From the NCBI GenBank assembly GCA_963805975.1, contig CAWDVR010000002.1, forward strand, positions 64,001 to 128,000: a DNA stretch of 64,000 nucleotides, read 5' to 3'. The position numbers and the translations under genes are program-made. Positions 53,799-61,946 of this stretch are shown here, piece by piece; the stretch's first letter is position 1; each line of letters starts with the position of its first letter. The stretch is from an uncultured Acidobacteriota bacterium (lineage in GTDB: Bacteria > Acidobacteriota > Thermoanaerobaculia > Multivoradales > SZUA-115). Below the pieces are notes generated by a model that saw nothing but the letters and a program-made list of their open reading frames with translations, had not been told where the DNA came from and searched no databases.

Positions 53799-56493
53799 CG
53801 CGCGCAGATCCTCGGAGACTCGCCCGGTGGCTCTTGGTTTCGATCCATCGTGCTTGCGGATCTCCGGCGAGGGTGTAGCCCGCCCAATAGAAAGGCGCGG
53901 CGAAGCGTTCCTGGGCGAGCAGCGACAGCTGCGCTCCGCGAAGCGCCTCCGCCACCGGCGCGCCCGCTTTCAGGCGGCGATAGAAAGCGGTCATGAGCTC
54001 CGCAGAAGCAACATCGTCAACGCTCCAGAGGGTCGAGATCACGCCCGGACTGCCGGCGTAGAGGAAGGCGCGTGTCAGGCCCACGATCTCGTCACCGCCG
54101 CTGTGCTCACCCAAAGCTGTTTCACAGGCGGAGAGGACAACCAGGTTGACGCCCGTCAGGTCGAGCTCGGAGTAGATCTCGTGTACCTCCAGGTTGCCGT
54201 CGTCTTTGCCGTCCCTGGAAGGAGAAAGTGCCAGGCGGCTGAACCCCGCGCTCCGCGGAAAGTAGAGGCCGTGCGCCGCGACATGGACGATGTCGACCTC
54301 GCCCTCCAGCTCTTTGAGCGCCGACTCGCTGGCGGCCATGCCGAGCAAGGGTTCGGTGCCCAGAAGCTCTGCCACCTCCTCGGCCTCGCGGCGGCTTCCC
54401 GCCAGCGGCGGCAACTCGGGGTCGGCAGGGATGGGCTCTCCGAGCACCAAGGCGCGGCCGGTGAATGGAGACTCCTTGTGGCGGAGGTACTGGAGAACGC
54501 TGGCGCTCGGGGCGTAGGTGAGCGTGAAGTCCTCGATCAGATAGCGGCCGGTGGCCGGATCCCGCAGCGCGGCGAAGGGAACGTAGTGCAGGACGCCGTG
54601 GGGAATGAGGATCAGCTTGGAGCTGTGCAGATGAGGCCGTAGCGGTGCAATGAGCTGTTGATAAAGACCCTCCGCATTCTGGTCCGCGGTGCTGCAGCCG
54701 GCGAGCGGCTCGCTGCCTCGAACGCTGTGCCTCACCGCGTCGGAGAAGCACAGCGGAGTGGAGACTTCGCCCTCGAACGGCGGCAGAGAGAACCAGCTGA
54801 AGGTGTCACGGTCGATCACCCAGGCATGGATGCGGAAATCCGTGACGAAGAAGCTGATCAGGGTGACACCCGGCTCGAGCGCGGCCTGCACTTGGGCCGC
54901 TTCCACAGGATGGGCCTTGACCACGGAGGCGAGCTCTGGGTCCAGGGCCACGGTTCGAGCACGCAGGCCTTCGTGGAGCTGGCGCAACTGGAGCAGCGTC
55001 GACTCCATGGCCCGTCGTTCGTCACCGATCGCCAAGGCCATCTGCCGCTCGGTTACAACGATGCGTGCGGCGAGCTGGTCCAGGTCCCGAGAGAATGAGC
55101 TCGCGTGGGAGCGTTGCTGCACGGGACGGGTGTTGCCCAGCGCCTGGAGCAGGGCTCGGGCCTTGGCCAGCTCGGCGACGGCGAAAGCCTCCCTCGTGCG
55201 CAGCTCCAGGCTCAACATCTCGAGCAGCGCGTGGTAGAAGAGACGCGTGACCCCACCACGGTAGGCCTGAATCGATTCCTGCCGCTGATTCAAGTCTCCA
55301 GCCACCTCGAAGCAGGCGACGGCGGAGGCCGCGCGCTCGATCGCTTCGTCGAACCGACCCTGCAGCCAAAGAGCAGCGCTCAGGCCGGAGAGGTGAATCC
55401 CGGCGAGCTGCGCGTCGCCCACTCGGAGCTCTTCCGCCAGCGCGATCTCCCAGGCCCGAATGGCTCCTGTACGGTCGCCCAGATGGTAGAGGATGGGAGC
55501 CCAAATCCCGGTGCGCCATGCCTTCGTGCGGTGGAACTGGCCCAGGCCGACCGCCAGCGTTTGGTCGCCGTTGGCGCAACGGCTCGCGCCTGGAATTCCT
55601 CCTGCGCTTTGCCGCAGAGTACCCGGCGCAGCTTGGGGGCCTTGTCGTTGCAACGAGCGATGGATTCCAGCAAAGTCCATCCTGAGCTTCTGCTTCTCGC
55701 CGAGCCATATCTGAAACGAGCCCAGCTTGCGGATGGCCTCGGCCGTCGTCGTTGCAAAAGGCAGATGATGCTCGTCGAGCATGCGCTCGAGCTCCCTGGC
55801 CGCACTCGAGCTGCCCCTTCCTGGGCCGAGCATGCTGTAGACAGAGGGCAGGAGCGTCGTCGCGGTCCATTCGGTCAGCGTGGCTATCAGCTGTTCGAGC
55901 AGGGCGCTCTGAGGCTCCCTGGCCAACATTCGTGATTGTTCGAGGTAGGCAATACCTTCCTCGTATCGCCCGTCCAAGGCCAGAATAAGACCCCGTTGGG
56001 CTTGCGCCACCGCGGTCATGGCTCGGTTGTTGCTACGCTCGGCAGCGGACATAATTTCTTCGTTGGTTTCGAGCGCGGCGTCAGGATATCCGAAGGCCAG
56101 TAGCAGCCTGGAGCGATGCATGAGAACGCTGGGGTAGGCCCAGGGGTGGAACGAGAGGCGGGCGAAGAGCAAGGCACGGTCGTTCTTCTCCAGGGCCGCG
56201 CTCGGGTTGCCGCGCATGGTTTCGAGCTCGGCGCTCCAGAGCAGCCGCGTCGTCTCCATCATGCTCAGGAAACGGTACCCGTATGCAGACTCCGCAGGGA
56301 TCACCAGCTCTTCGTCAGCGCCGTGATGCCATAGGCCGCGCATCGCCAGTCTGACGGACGCCGCCATCAGGGCGAGCTGCGCCAATGTCGCGCCGACGAG
56401 CAGTCCCGACAGCAAGACCTGGCGTAGCGGGTGGCTCCGTGGGCGGACGCTGCCGAGAGCTTTCGGCTCCTCGCTTCGAGGTCCCACTCTCAC
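53776..56493 (-). CDS. Membrane-anchored TPR-like-CHAT protease (paralogue of 51240-53798)
   Basis: N-terminal TM, IPHGVLHYVPF, HVAAHG, LSACET, PFYWAGY. Confidence 0.9.
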   Translation of the reverse strand: MRVGPRSEEPKALGSVRPRSHPLRQVLLSGLLVGATLAQLALMAASVRLAMRGLWHHGADEELVIPAESAYGYRFLSMMETTRLLWSAELETMRGNPSAALEKNDRALLFARLSFHPWAYPSVLMHRSRLLLAFGYPDAALETNEEIMSAAERSNNRAMTAVAQAQRGLILALDGRYEEGIAYLEQSRMLAREPQSALLEQLIATLTEWTATTLLPSVYSMLGPGRGSSSAARELERMLDEHHLPFATTTAEAIRKLGSFQIWLGEKQKLRMDFAGIHRSLQRQGPQAAPGTLRQSAGGIPGASRCANGDQTLAVGLGQFHRTKAWRTGIWAPILYHLGDRTGAIRAWEIALAEELRVGDAQLAGIHLSGLSAALWLQGRFDEAIERAASAVACFEVAGDLNQRQESIQAYRGGVTRLFYHALLEMLSLELRTREAFAVAELAKARALLQALGNTRPVQQRSHASSFSRDLDQLAARIVVTERQMALAIGDERRAMESTLLQLRQLHEGLRARTVALDPELASVVKAHPVEAAQVQAALEPGVTLISFFVTDFRIHAWVIDRDTFSWFSLPPFEGEVSTPLCFSDAVRHSVRGSEPLAGCSTADQNAEGLYQQLIAPLRPHLHSSKLILIPHGVLHYVPFAALRDPATGRYLIEDFTLTYAPSASVLQYLRHKESPFTGRALVLGEPIPADPELPPLAGSRREAEEVAELLGTEPLLGMAASESALKELEGEVDIVHVAAHGLYFPRSAGFSRLALSPSRDGKDDGNLEVHEIYSELDLTGVNLVVLSACETALGEHSGGDEIVGLTRAFLYAGSPGVISTLWSVDDVASAELMTAFYRRLKAGAPVAEALRGAQLSLLAQERFAAPFYWAGYTLAGDPQARWIETKSHRASLRGSARDDHTPLE

Positions 56494-57194
56494 CCCACGT
56501 ACAGCGGCTGCTCGCGGCTGCTCTGGAAGCGGCCGAGGCGATCCTCGAACAGCGCTTCGATGGAGTAGGTGCCCGAGGGGGCCTTGGCCGGTATCGTGAC
56601 TTCCGAGCGCGTCTCGACGATGCCGCCGCCGCGCGGCACCACGAAGCTGTCGGGCCCGAGGGCATTCATGTACTGGCCGCCGTATTTGATGCCCGTGAAG
56701 GCTTCGATCTTGAGGTCTTCCTCGCGGTTCGGCCCGATCACCAGGTAGCGCACGTAGACCTTGGCCGTGCCGCCGGGTGCGACCCGGGCCGGCTCGAAGC
56801 GCACCTCCTCGACCGCGAGGATGTAGCCCTGGGAAGAGTCGTAGCTCAGGCGGGCCATGGCCTCGTCACGGCTGCCGTAGAGCATGTCCTGCCGGCGCCC
56901 GATGAGATATCCGGCGACCCCGCCGACCACGGCACCGGCGACCGCGCCCTTGACCGGGTCGTGCCCGAGAATGCGCGCCCGCAAGAGGCCACCGGCTGCC
57001 CCGAGCACCGCACCGGTGATGGCGGCCTTCTTCCGGCGCGGCTGCTGCCGCAGCCACGACTTGAGGGGATGGCTGGGCGCGCCGCTGGTTGCGCCCACCG
57101 TGCGGGGAACGCTGCCGCCGCCCGCAAGCGGCGAAGAGGCGCAGCCGGAGAGCTGGAGAGCACAAAGCAGGAGAGCGGTGATCCATTTCTTCAT
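56490..57194 (-). CDS. Glycine-zipper lipoprotein
   Basis: Lipobox LSGC; GAVLGAAGG and GAVAGAVVGGVAGY zipper; C-terminal Ig-like domain. Confidence 0.82.
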   Translation of the reverse strand: MKKWITALLLCALQLSGCASSPLAGGGSVPRTVGATSGAPSHPLKSWLRQQPRRKKAAITGAVLGAAGGLLRARILGHDPVKGAVAGAVVGGVAGYLIGRRQDMLYGSRDEAMARLSYDSSQGYILAVEEVRFEPARVAPGGTAKVYVRYLVIGPNREEDLKIEAFTGIKYGGQYMNALGPDSFVVPRGGGIVETRSEVTIPAKAPSGTYSIEALFEDRLGRFQSSREQPLYVG

Positions 57195-57208
57195 GGGAAA
57201 CCTCGCTT

Positions 57209-58888
57209 TCAACGGTCGTCGTCATCGTCACGGTCGATTTCGGTCTGCTTCTTGCGCCGGGGATTGAGCAAGGTCGCATCGGTCTTGCTGCCGGCGCCCT
57301 GCCAGAGCTGTTTCATTCCCTCCTCCGCCGTGGCCACGAGCTCGCGCGCCCGCGCGGCGACGTCTGCGGGAGCCCCGGCCTCGGCGGCGAGTCGTTGCGC
57401 GAGCTGCTTGGCTTCGGGGTAGCTCGCGGCGGAGAGCAGCGCGTCGATCTCCGTCAGCCGGCGCTCCCAGGCTTGGCGCTCGGCCTGGGCTGCCGCCTGA
57501 GCCACCGACTGGGCATGCTGGGCGGCGGTGCGGCGCTCGATCTCTTGCTCGGTGATGCGGTTGCTGAGGAGCGACAGCGTGGCCATCTCGTCCACCAGGT
57601 CGGTGCGGTGCTGGTACGAGCGGTTCAACAGCTCCTGCACCTTCTGCCGGGCTTCCTCGAGCCGGCCTTCGTCACACCAGCGCTCCGCCTGGGCCGTACC
57701 CGCTGCGAGCTCGGCACGCAAACGCACCAGCGCTTGCTCGCGGATCGCCTGCGTCGGATCGGGACGAGGCGGCTCGCGATCGCGCCGCACGGGCGGCGGT
57801 GGCGGCTCGGGATGGGGTGCAGCGGGTGCCTGGATCGGTGCCGGGGGAGGTTCGACGATCACGTACTGGTTTGAGATGGTCGGCGATGGCGGATCTCGCT
57901 GCTGCCACCCGTCGAGCAGCTTCCCGAGTAGCGTCAGGGTCGTCAGGGCCAGGATGACGGCCCCCCAGACCGTCCGCGCTCTTCTAGGGCGGACATTCGG
58001 CTGCCCCCTGTCCCCGACCCGGTTGCCGGCGCTGCGCGCGTGCTCTCTCGGCAGCGCCGCCGGCTCGACAGCATGGAGCGCACGCTCGAACGCCGCGGCG
58101 CTCGAGAAACGCTCGCGCGGCTCCTTGCGCAGCGCCTTCGACAGAGCTGCGCAGACCACCGAGCTGGCGGCGAGCGTGCTCAGAACTTGTTCCGCCGGCC
58201 GCTCCAGATGCAGGCGCTGGATCTCGTAGTCGCTCTTGCCGTCGAACGGCGGCCGGCCCGCCAGCAGCTCGAAGAGCAGCACGCCGGCGCTGTAGATGTC
58301 GCTGCGATGGTCCAGGCTCTGCGGGCTCTTGATCTGCTCCGGGGACATGTAGACCGGGGTACCCACGGTCTGTGAGGTCTTGGTACGCCGCTCCTCGCCC
58401 ACCCGTAGCGCAATGCCGAAGTCGGTGAGCTTCGCCACTCCGGTGGCGCTCACCAGCACGTTGCCGGGCTTGACGTCCCGGTGGATGATGCCTTGCGAGT
58501 GCGCGTAGTCGAGGGCCGAGAGCACCTGCCCCAGGATGCGCAGTGCCTGGTCTTCCGGCAGGCCCCGGCCGCCCCGCTCCCGCAGCAGCTCCTCGAGACT
58601 GCGGCTGCCGAACAGCTCCATCACCAGGTACGCGACGCCCGCGACCTCGAGCACGTCGTGGACGGCGACGATGTGCGGATGCTGGAGCCGCGCCTGCGCC
58701 CGGGCTTCGGCGGCGAAGCGCTCGCGCAGCTCGCCGTCGCGGGTCAGCTCGAAAGGCAGAGCCTTGATCGCCACCTCGCGATGCAGCCGGTCGTCCACCG
58801 CGCGGTAGACGACTCCCATGCCGCCGCGGCCCAGCAGGCCGAGCACCCGGTAGGGGCCCAGCAGCGCGGGCAGAGGTGCGGGTGCCAT
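57209..58888 (-). CDS. Hanks-type Ser/Thr protein kinase with a TM and an extracytoplasmic helical domain
   Basis: GRGGMG, VAIK, HRDVKPGN, DFG, GTPVYMSPEQ, SDIYS; alternative TTG start at 58894. Confidence 0.95.
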   Translation of the reverse strand: MAPAPLPALLGPYRVLGLLGRGGMGVVYRAVDDRLHREVAIKALPFELTRDGELRERFAAEARAQARLQHPHIVAVHDVLEVAGVAYLVMELFGSRSLEELLRERGGRGLPEDQALRILGQVLSALDYAHSQGIIHRDVKPGNVLVSATGVAKLTDFGIALRVGEERRTKTSQTVGTPVYMSPEQIKSPQSLDHRSDIYSAGVLLFELLAGRPPFDGKSDYEIQRLHLERPAEQVLSTLAASSVVCAALSKALRKEPRERFSSAAAFERALHAVEPAALPREHARSAGNRVGDRGQPNVRPRRARTVWGAVILALTTLTLLGKLLDGWQQRDPPSPTISNQYVIVEPPPAPIQAPAAPHPEPPPPPVRRDREPPRPDPTQAIREQALVRLRAELAAGTAQAERWCDEGRLEEARQKVQELLNRSYQHRTDLVDEMATLSLLSNRITEQEIERRTAAQHAQSVAQAAAQAERQAWERRLTEIDALLSAASYPEAKQLAQRLAAEAGAPADVAARARELVATAEEGMKQLWQGAGSKTDATLLNPRRKKQTEIDRDDDDDR

Positions 58889-58890
58889 CG

Positions 58891-60252
58891 TCAAGGCTCC
58901 GCCGGCACCGGTGCGGGAGAGGACACGCCCGCACGGGCCAGAAAGCTCCGGATGGCACCCAAGGCGACCGCCTCGACGGTGCCGGCTCCATAGTCTTTCG
59001 TCGCCACCGATCGACCGGCCAGCGAGATCGTCCTCGCCGCCGCCAACCGGCTGCGCGTGAGGCCCACCAGCTCGCCACGCCGGTTGACCACCGGGCCACC
59101 CCCGCCGGCCACGGCAAAGGAGCGGTCGAGGGTCATTCCTACGGGCTGGCCGCCGGCATCCCGATCGAGGCGTGCCACGAAGGCCTTGATGAAGAGCGGG
59201 TCCGCCAGCGGGCCCGCGCGGGTGCCTGTCGGGCGCATGCCGGCGGCGCTCAGCAGAGGCTCGGCAACGGTCGATGGATACAGCAGGAGGCCCACGTCCT
59301 GCGCCACTTCGAGCGGCTCGCCGGCCGCCGCGACGGCAAGCGGGGTCGTCAGGCGCAACGGGATCTGCAGCAGCGCCAGATCGGCGTTGCTGGCGAGGGC
59401 ATAGACCGTGGCGGGAACCGGCTCCTGGCCCGGGAGCTGCACGGAGAGCGTATCGATGGCGGCCTTGAGCTTGCCGGAACCGGTGAGATCTTCCAGGGGA
59501 TGGCCGATGGCTTCACGCCAGGGTCGCGCCAGGTGAGCCGACGTCAGCACCAGGGTGGGCGCAATCAGCACGCCCGAGCCCCAGGCGGTCCCATTCTGGA
59601 TCGAGCCCGAGCCCGGCGTGACGAGGCTGTAGCGGCTCTCCACGCGTGCCACGGCGGCGCGAGCACGCCCTTCCACCTCCGTCCAGGCCGGTGCCGCGCC
59701 GCGCCCGAGTGACTGCACGCTCGCTCTCTGCGCTGTGCGCTCGGAAGCCCAGAAGCCGATCAGGCCGAGCGCACCGAGCAGCAGGAGCAGCCCGGTCGAG
59801 CCGGCGAGCAACGCTCGGTGCCGCGCTCGACGCCGGCGCGCCTGGTCGTCGTCGCTCAGGGCACCGCGCAGCTCCGCGCGCAGGGTCTCGCGACCGATCG
59901 CCGGCTTGGCGGCAACCTCGCCGGACATCAGCAGCACGCGCAGCTCCGGGCCACCGGCGGCAAGGCGAATGCGTGAGCCCTCCGGCACCGCCAGGCGCTC
60001 GAGAGGCGGGCACTTGGCTCCGTTCAAGAAGGTGCCGTTCGAGCTTTGCTGGTCTTCGAGCCAGAGCCGGCCTTGCTGGTAGAGCAAGCGCGCATGGAGC
60101 CCGCTCACCAGATCGTCCGCGAGGTCGTGAAACTTCACGTCGCAAGTGGCATTGCGGCCCAGCGTGAGGCTCTGCCCCTCGGCGAGCTTGAGTCGTTGAC
60201 TGTGGCTGGCGAGGGATCCGGATTGATGCCGGAGTTCGATCTCGACACTCAC
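58891..60252 (-). CDS. FHA-TM-trypsin-like domain protein (catalytic Ser apparently absent)
   Basis: FHA (LGR, VSGLHA, SSNGTFLNG), TM, GSGVLI..LTSAH, DLALL, GGGGP in place of GxSGGP; GTG start overlaps the upstream stop. Confidence 0.85.
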   Translation of the reverse strand: MSVEIELRHQSGSLASHSQRLKLAEGQSLTLGRNATCDVKFHDLADDLVSGLHARLLYQQGRLWLEDQQSSNGTFLNGAKCPPLERLAVPEGSRIRLAAGGPELRVLLMSGEVAAKPAIGRETLRAELRGALSDDDQARRRRARHRALLAGSTGLLLLLGALGLIGFWASERTAQRASVQSLGRGAAPAWTEVEGRARAAVARVESRYSLVTPGSGSIQNGTAWGSGVLIAPTLVLTSAHLARPWREAIGHPLEDLTGSGKLKAAIDTLSVQLPGQEPVPATVYALASNADLALLQIPLRLTTPLAVAAAGEPLEVAQDVGLLLYPSTVAEPLLSAAGMRPTGTRAGPLADPLFIKAFVARLDRDAGGQPVGMTLDRSFAVAGGGGPVVNRRGELVGLTRSRLAAARTISLAGRSVATKDYGAGTVEAVALGAIRSFLARAGVSSPAPVPAEP

Positions 60253-61010
60253 TTGAGATCTCCTTGATCGGTCGGTTTGCGCCCACCGGATGGCATCGGC
60301 GGCAGTACCAGCAACACCAGCTCGGTGGAGCCACAACGGATCCAGTCCCGGTCCATGAGCTCGACCTGGTTGCCGGCGCCGAGTTCCTCGCCGTTGATCC
60401 AGGTGCCGTTGGTTGACATGCGGTCCGAGAGGTAGAAGCGTCCGTTGCGCGCCAGCAGCAAGGCGTGCTCGCTCGAAACCCGCGCGTCTTCGCGCAGGCA
60501 GATGTCGTTGGCGGGATGGGCGCCCAGAAAACTCTTGCCCTGCCGCACGCCGAAGAGGGCGCCGCCAGGTTTCAGCGCCGGAGCGGCCAGCACCGCCACC
60601 AGCTCACGCGCCGGCTCGCCCGCGACGGCTCTCGGGGCGACGGGATCGAGGCGCGTCGGCGGGCCGCCGGCACGAGCCTCTGCGAGAACCGGTGGAGCCG
60701 GGGCTTCCCGTGGCTCCGGCTCCACGCTACCGAGCCGGGTGCGACGGCCGGCTCCCGGCGGGGCCACCTCGAGACGTGTGCCGCGGGCCTCGGCGGCACC
60801 GGCGGCATGTTCCAGGCGCGTGTGCGCGGGGGCGGCCGGCGGCGCGGCTCCCAGGAGCGCGCAGTAGGGACAGGTCGCCCAGCTCGGATCGATGGGATGC
60901 CCGTTGGCACAGATCGGCTCGCCCGCATCCGCCACCAGGCTCGTGCCGCAGGACAAGCAGGCTCGCTCGCTCGCCGGGTTGAGCGTCTGGCAACGCGGGC
61001 AGCGGTTCAC
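60249..61010 (-). CDS. Zinc-ribbon + FHA domain protein
   Basis: CPRC..CLSC..CANGH..CPYC; FHA (VSSEHA, STNGTWING). Confidence 0.88.
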   Translation of the reverse strand: MNRCPRCQTLNPASERACLSCGTSLVADAGEPICANGHPIDPSWATCPYCALLGAAPPAAPAHTRLEHAAGAAEARGTRLEVAPPGAGRRTRLGSVEPEPREAPAPPVLAEARAGGPPTRLDPVAPRAVAGEPARELVAVLAAPALKPGGALFGVRQGKSFLGAHPANDICLREDARVSSEHALLLARNGRFYLSDRMSTNGTWINGEELGAGNQVELMDRDWIRCGSTELVLLVLPPMPSGGRKPTDQGDLK

Positions 61011-61840
61011 GATCCCCTCCGCGCCACCGCCGCCGGCCGGGTCGGTCGCAGGGCTGTACCCAGAGGCGCCTCGGTCAGCCGCAGACAGATCACCGAGATG
61101 TTGTCGTCGCTCGCGGCGGCGAGCGCGGCCTCGACCAGGCGCGCGCAGATCTGCGCTGCCGTGCCGCCGGTGTTGGCCAGCCGCGTCATCTCGGCATCCG
61201 TCAGGCTGCCGTGCAGCCCGTCGCTGGTGAGCAGCAGCAGATCACCGGCGTCGAGCGGCAGCGGCAGGTGCACTTCCGGCTCGAAGGGCGCCTCCTGGCC
61301 GACGGCGCGCTGGAGCACGTTGCGCTCGGGGTGGGAGAAGGCTTCGTGCTCGGAGAGGTGGCCGTCGCGCACCAGCTGCTCCACCAGGGAGTGGTCGGCT
61401 GTCAGCCGCAGGAGCGACCGGCCCCGCAGCAGATAGGCCCGGCTGTCTCCCGCGTGCGCCAGGTGCAGGATCGCCCCCGCACGGCCGTTCTCGATCACGG
61501 CGACGAGGCCGGTGGCGCCCATGCCCGCCTGCGCCCGCACCCGCGCGGCCTCGCGCACTGCATCGTGAGCGGCGGTGAGGGCCTGCGCCAGTGCCGCCGC
61601 CCACGGCTCGGAGCCGTCGCTCGCCCGCAGCCGCTCACCGATGGTCCGCACCACGATCTCGGCGGCGTCGCGGCCGGCTTCGTGTCCACCCATGCCGTCG
61701 GAGACGACGCCCACCACCTGTCCCGCGTCGCCGACCAGAACCAGCGCGGCATCCTCGTTCTCCGTTCGCACGGGACCACAGATCGAGATCACGGCGGCAT
61801 CGATGTCAGAGCGGCCGGGCAGCTGAAGTTCGGTCGACAC
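61007..61840 (-). CDS. PP2C/PPM family Ser/Thr phosphatase
   Basis: RTENED, SDGMGG, MGAT, GDSRAY, DHS, SDGL, DDNIS; probable GTG start at 61840. Confidence 0.93.
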   Translation of the reverse strand: MSTELQLPGRSDIDAAVISICGPVRTENEDAALVLVGDAGQVVGVVSDGMGGHEAGRDAAEIVVRTIGERLRASDGSEPWAAALAQALTAAHDAVREAARVRAQAGMGATGLVAVIENGRAGAILHLAHAGDSRAYLLRGRSLLRLTADHSLVEQLVRDGHLSEHEAFSHPERNVLQRAVGQEAPFEPEVHLPLPLDAGDLLLLTSDGLHGSLTDAEMTRLANTGGTAAQICARLVEAALAAASDDNISVICLRLTEAPLGTALRPTRPAAVARRGS

Positions 61841-61880
61841 GGTGGTGTTCTCGCCCCCTAGAGACACCAACGGACACACC

Positions 61881-61907
61881 TTGTTGCCACGCGCGCCGGG
61901 GCAACAA
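61881..61907. promoter_or_regulatory. Inverted repeat in the divergent promoter region
   Basis: TTGTTGCC-N11-GGCAACAA between the PP2C and VWA genes. Confidence 0.45.
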
Positions 61908-61946
61908 AGAGAGCGATGGCGTGTCTATCGGCCGCGGAGGAGATCC

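Noticed and set aside
29001-56493. Craspase/type III CRISPR, gasdermin or NLR-type defence assignment for the CHAT/caspase genes
   Set aside because: No cas, SAVED/CARF, STAND NTPase or recognisable gasdermin genes, and the proteases carry export signals
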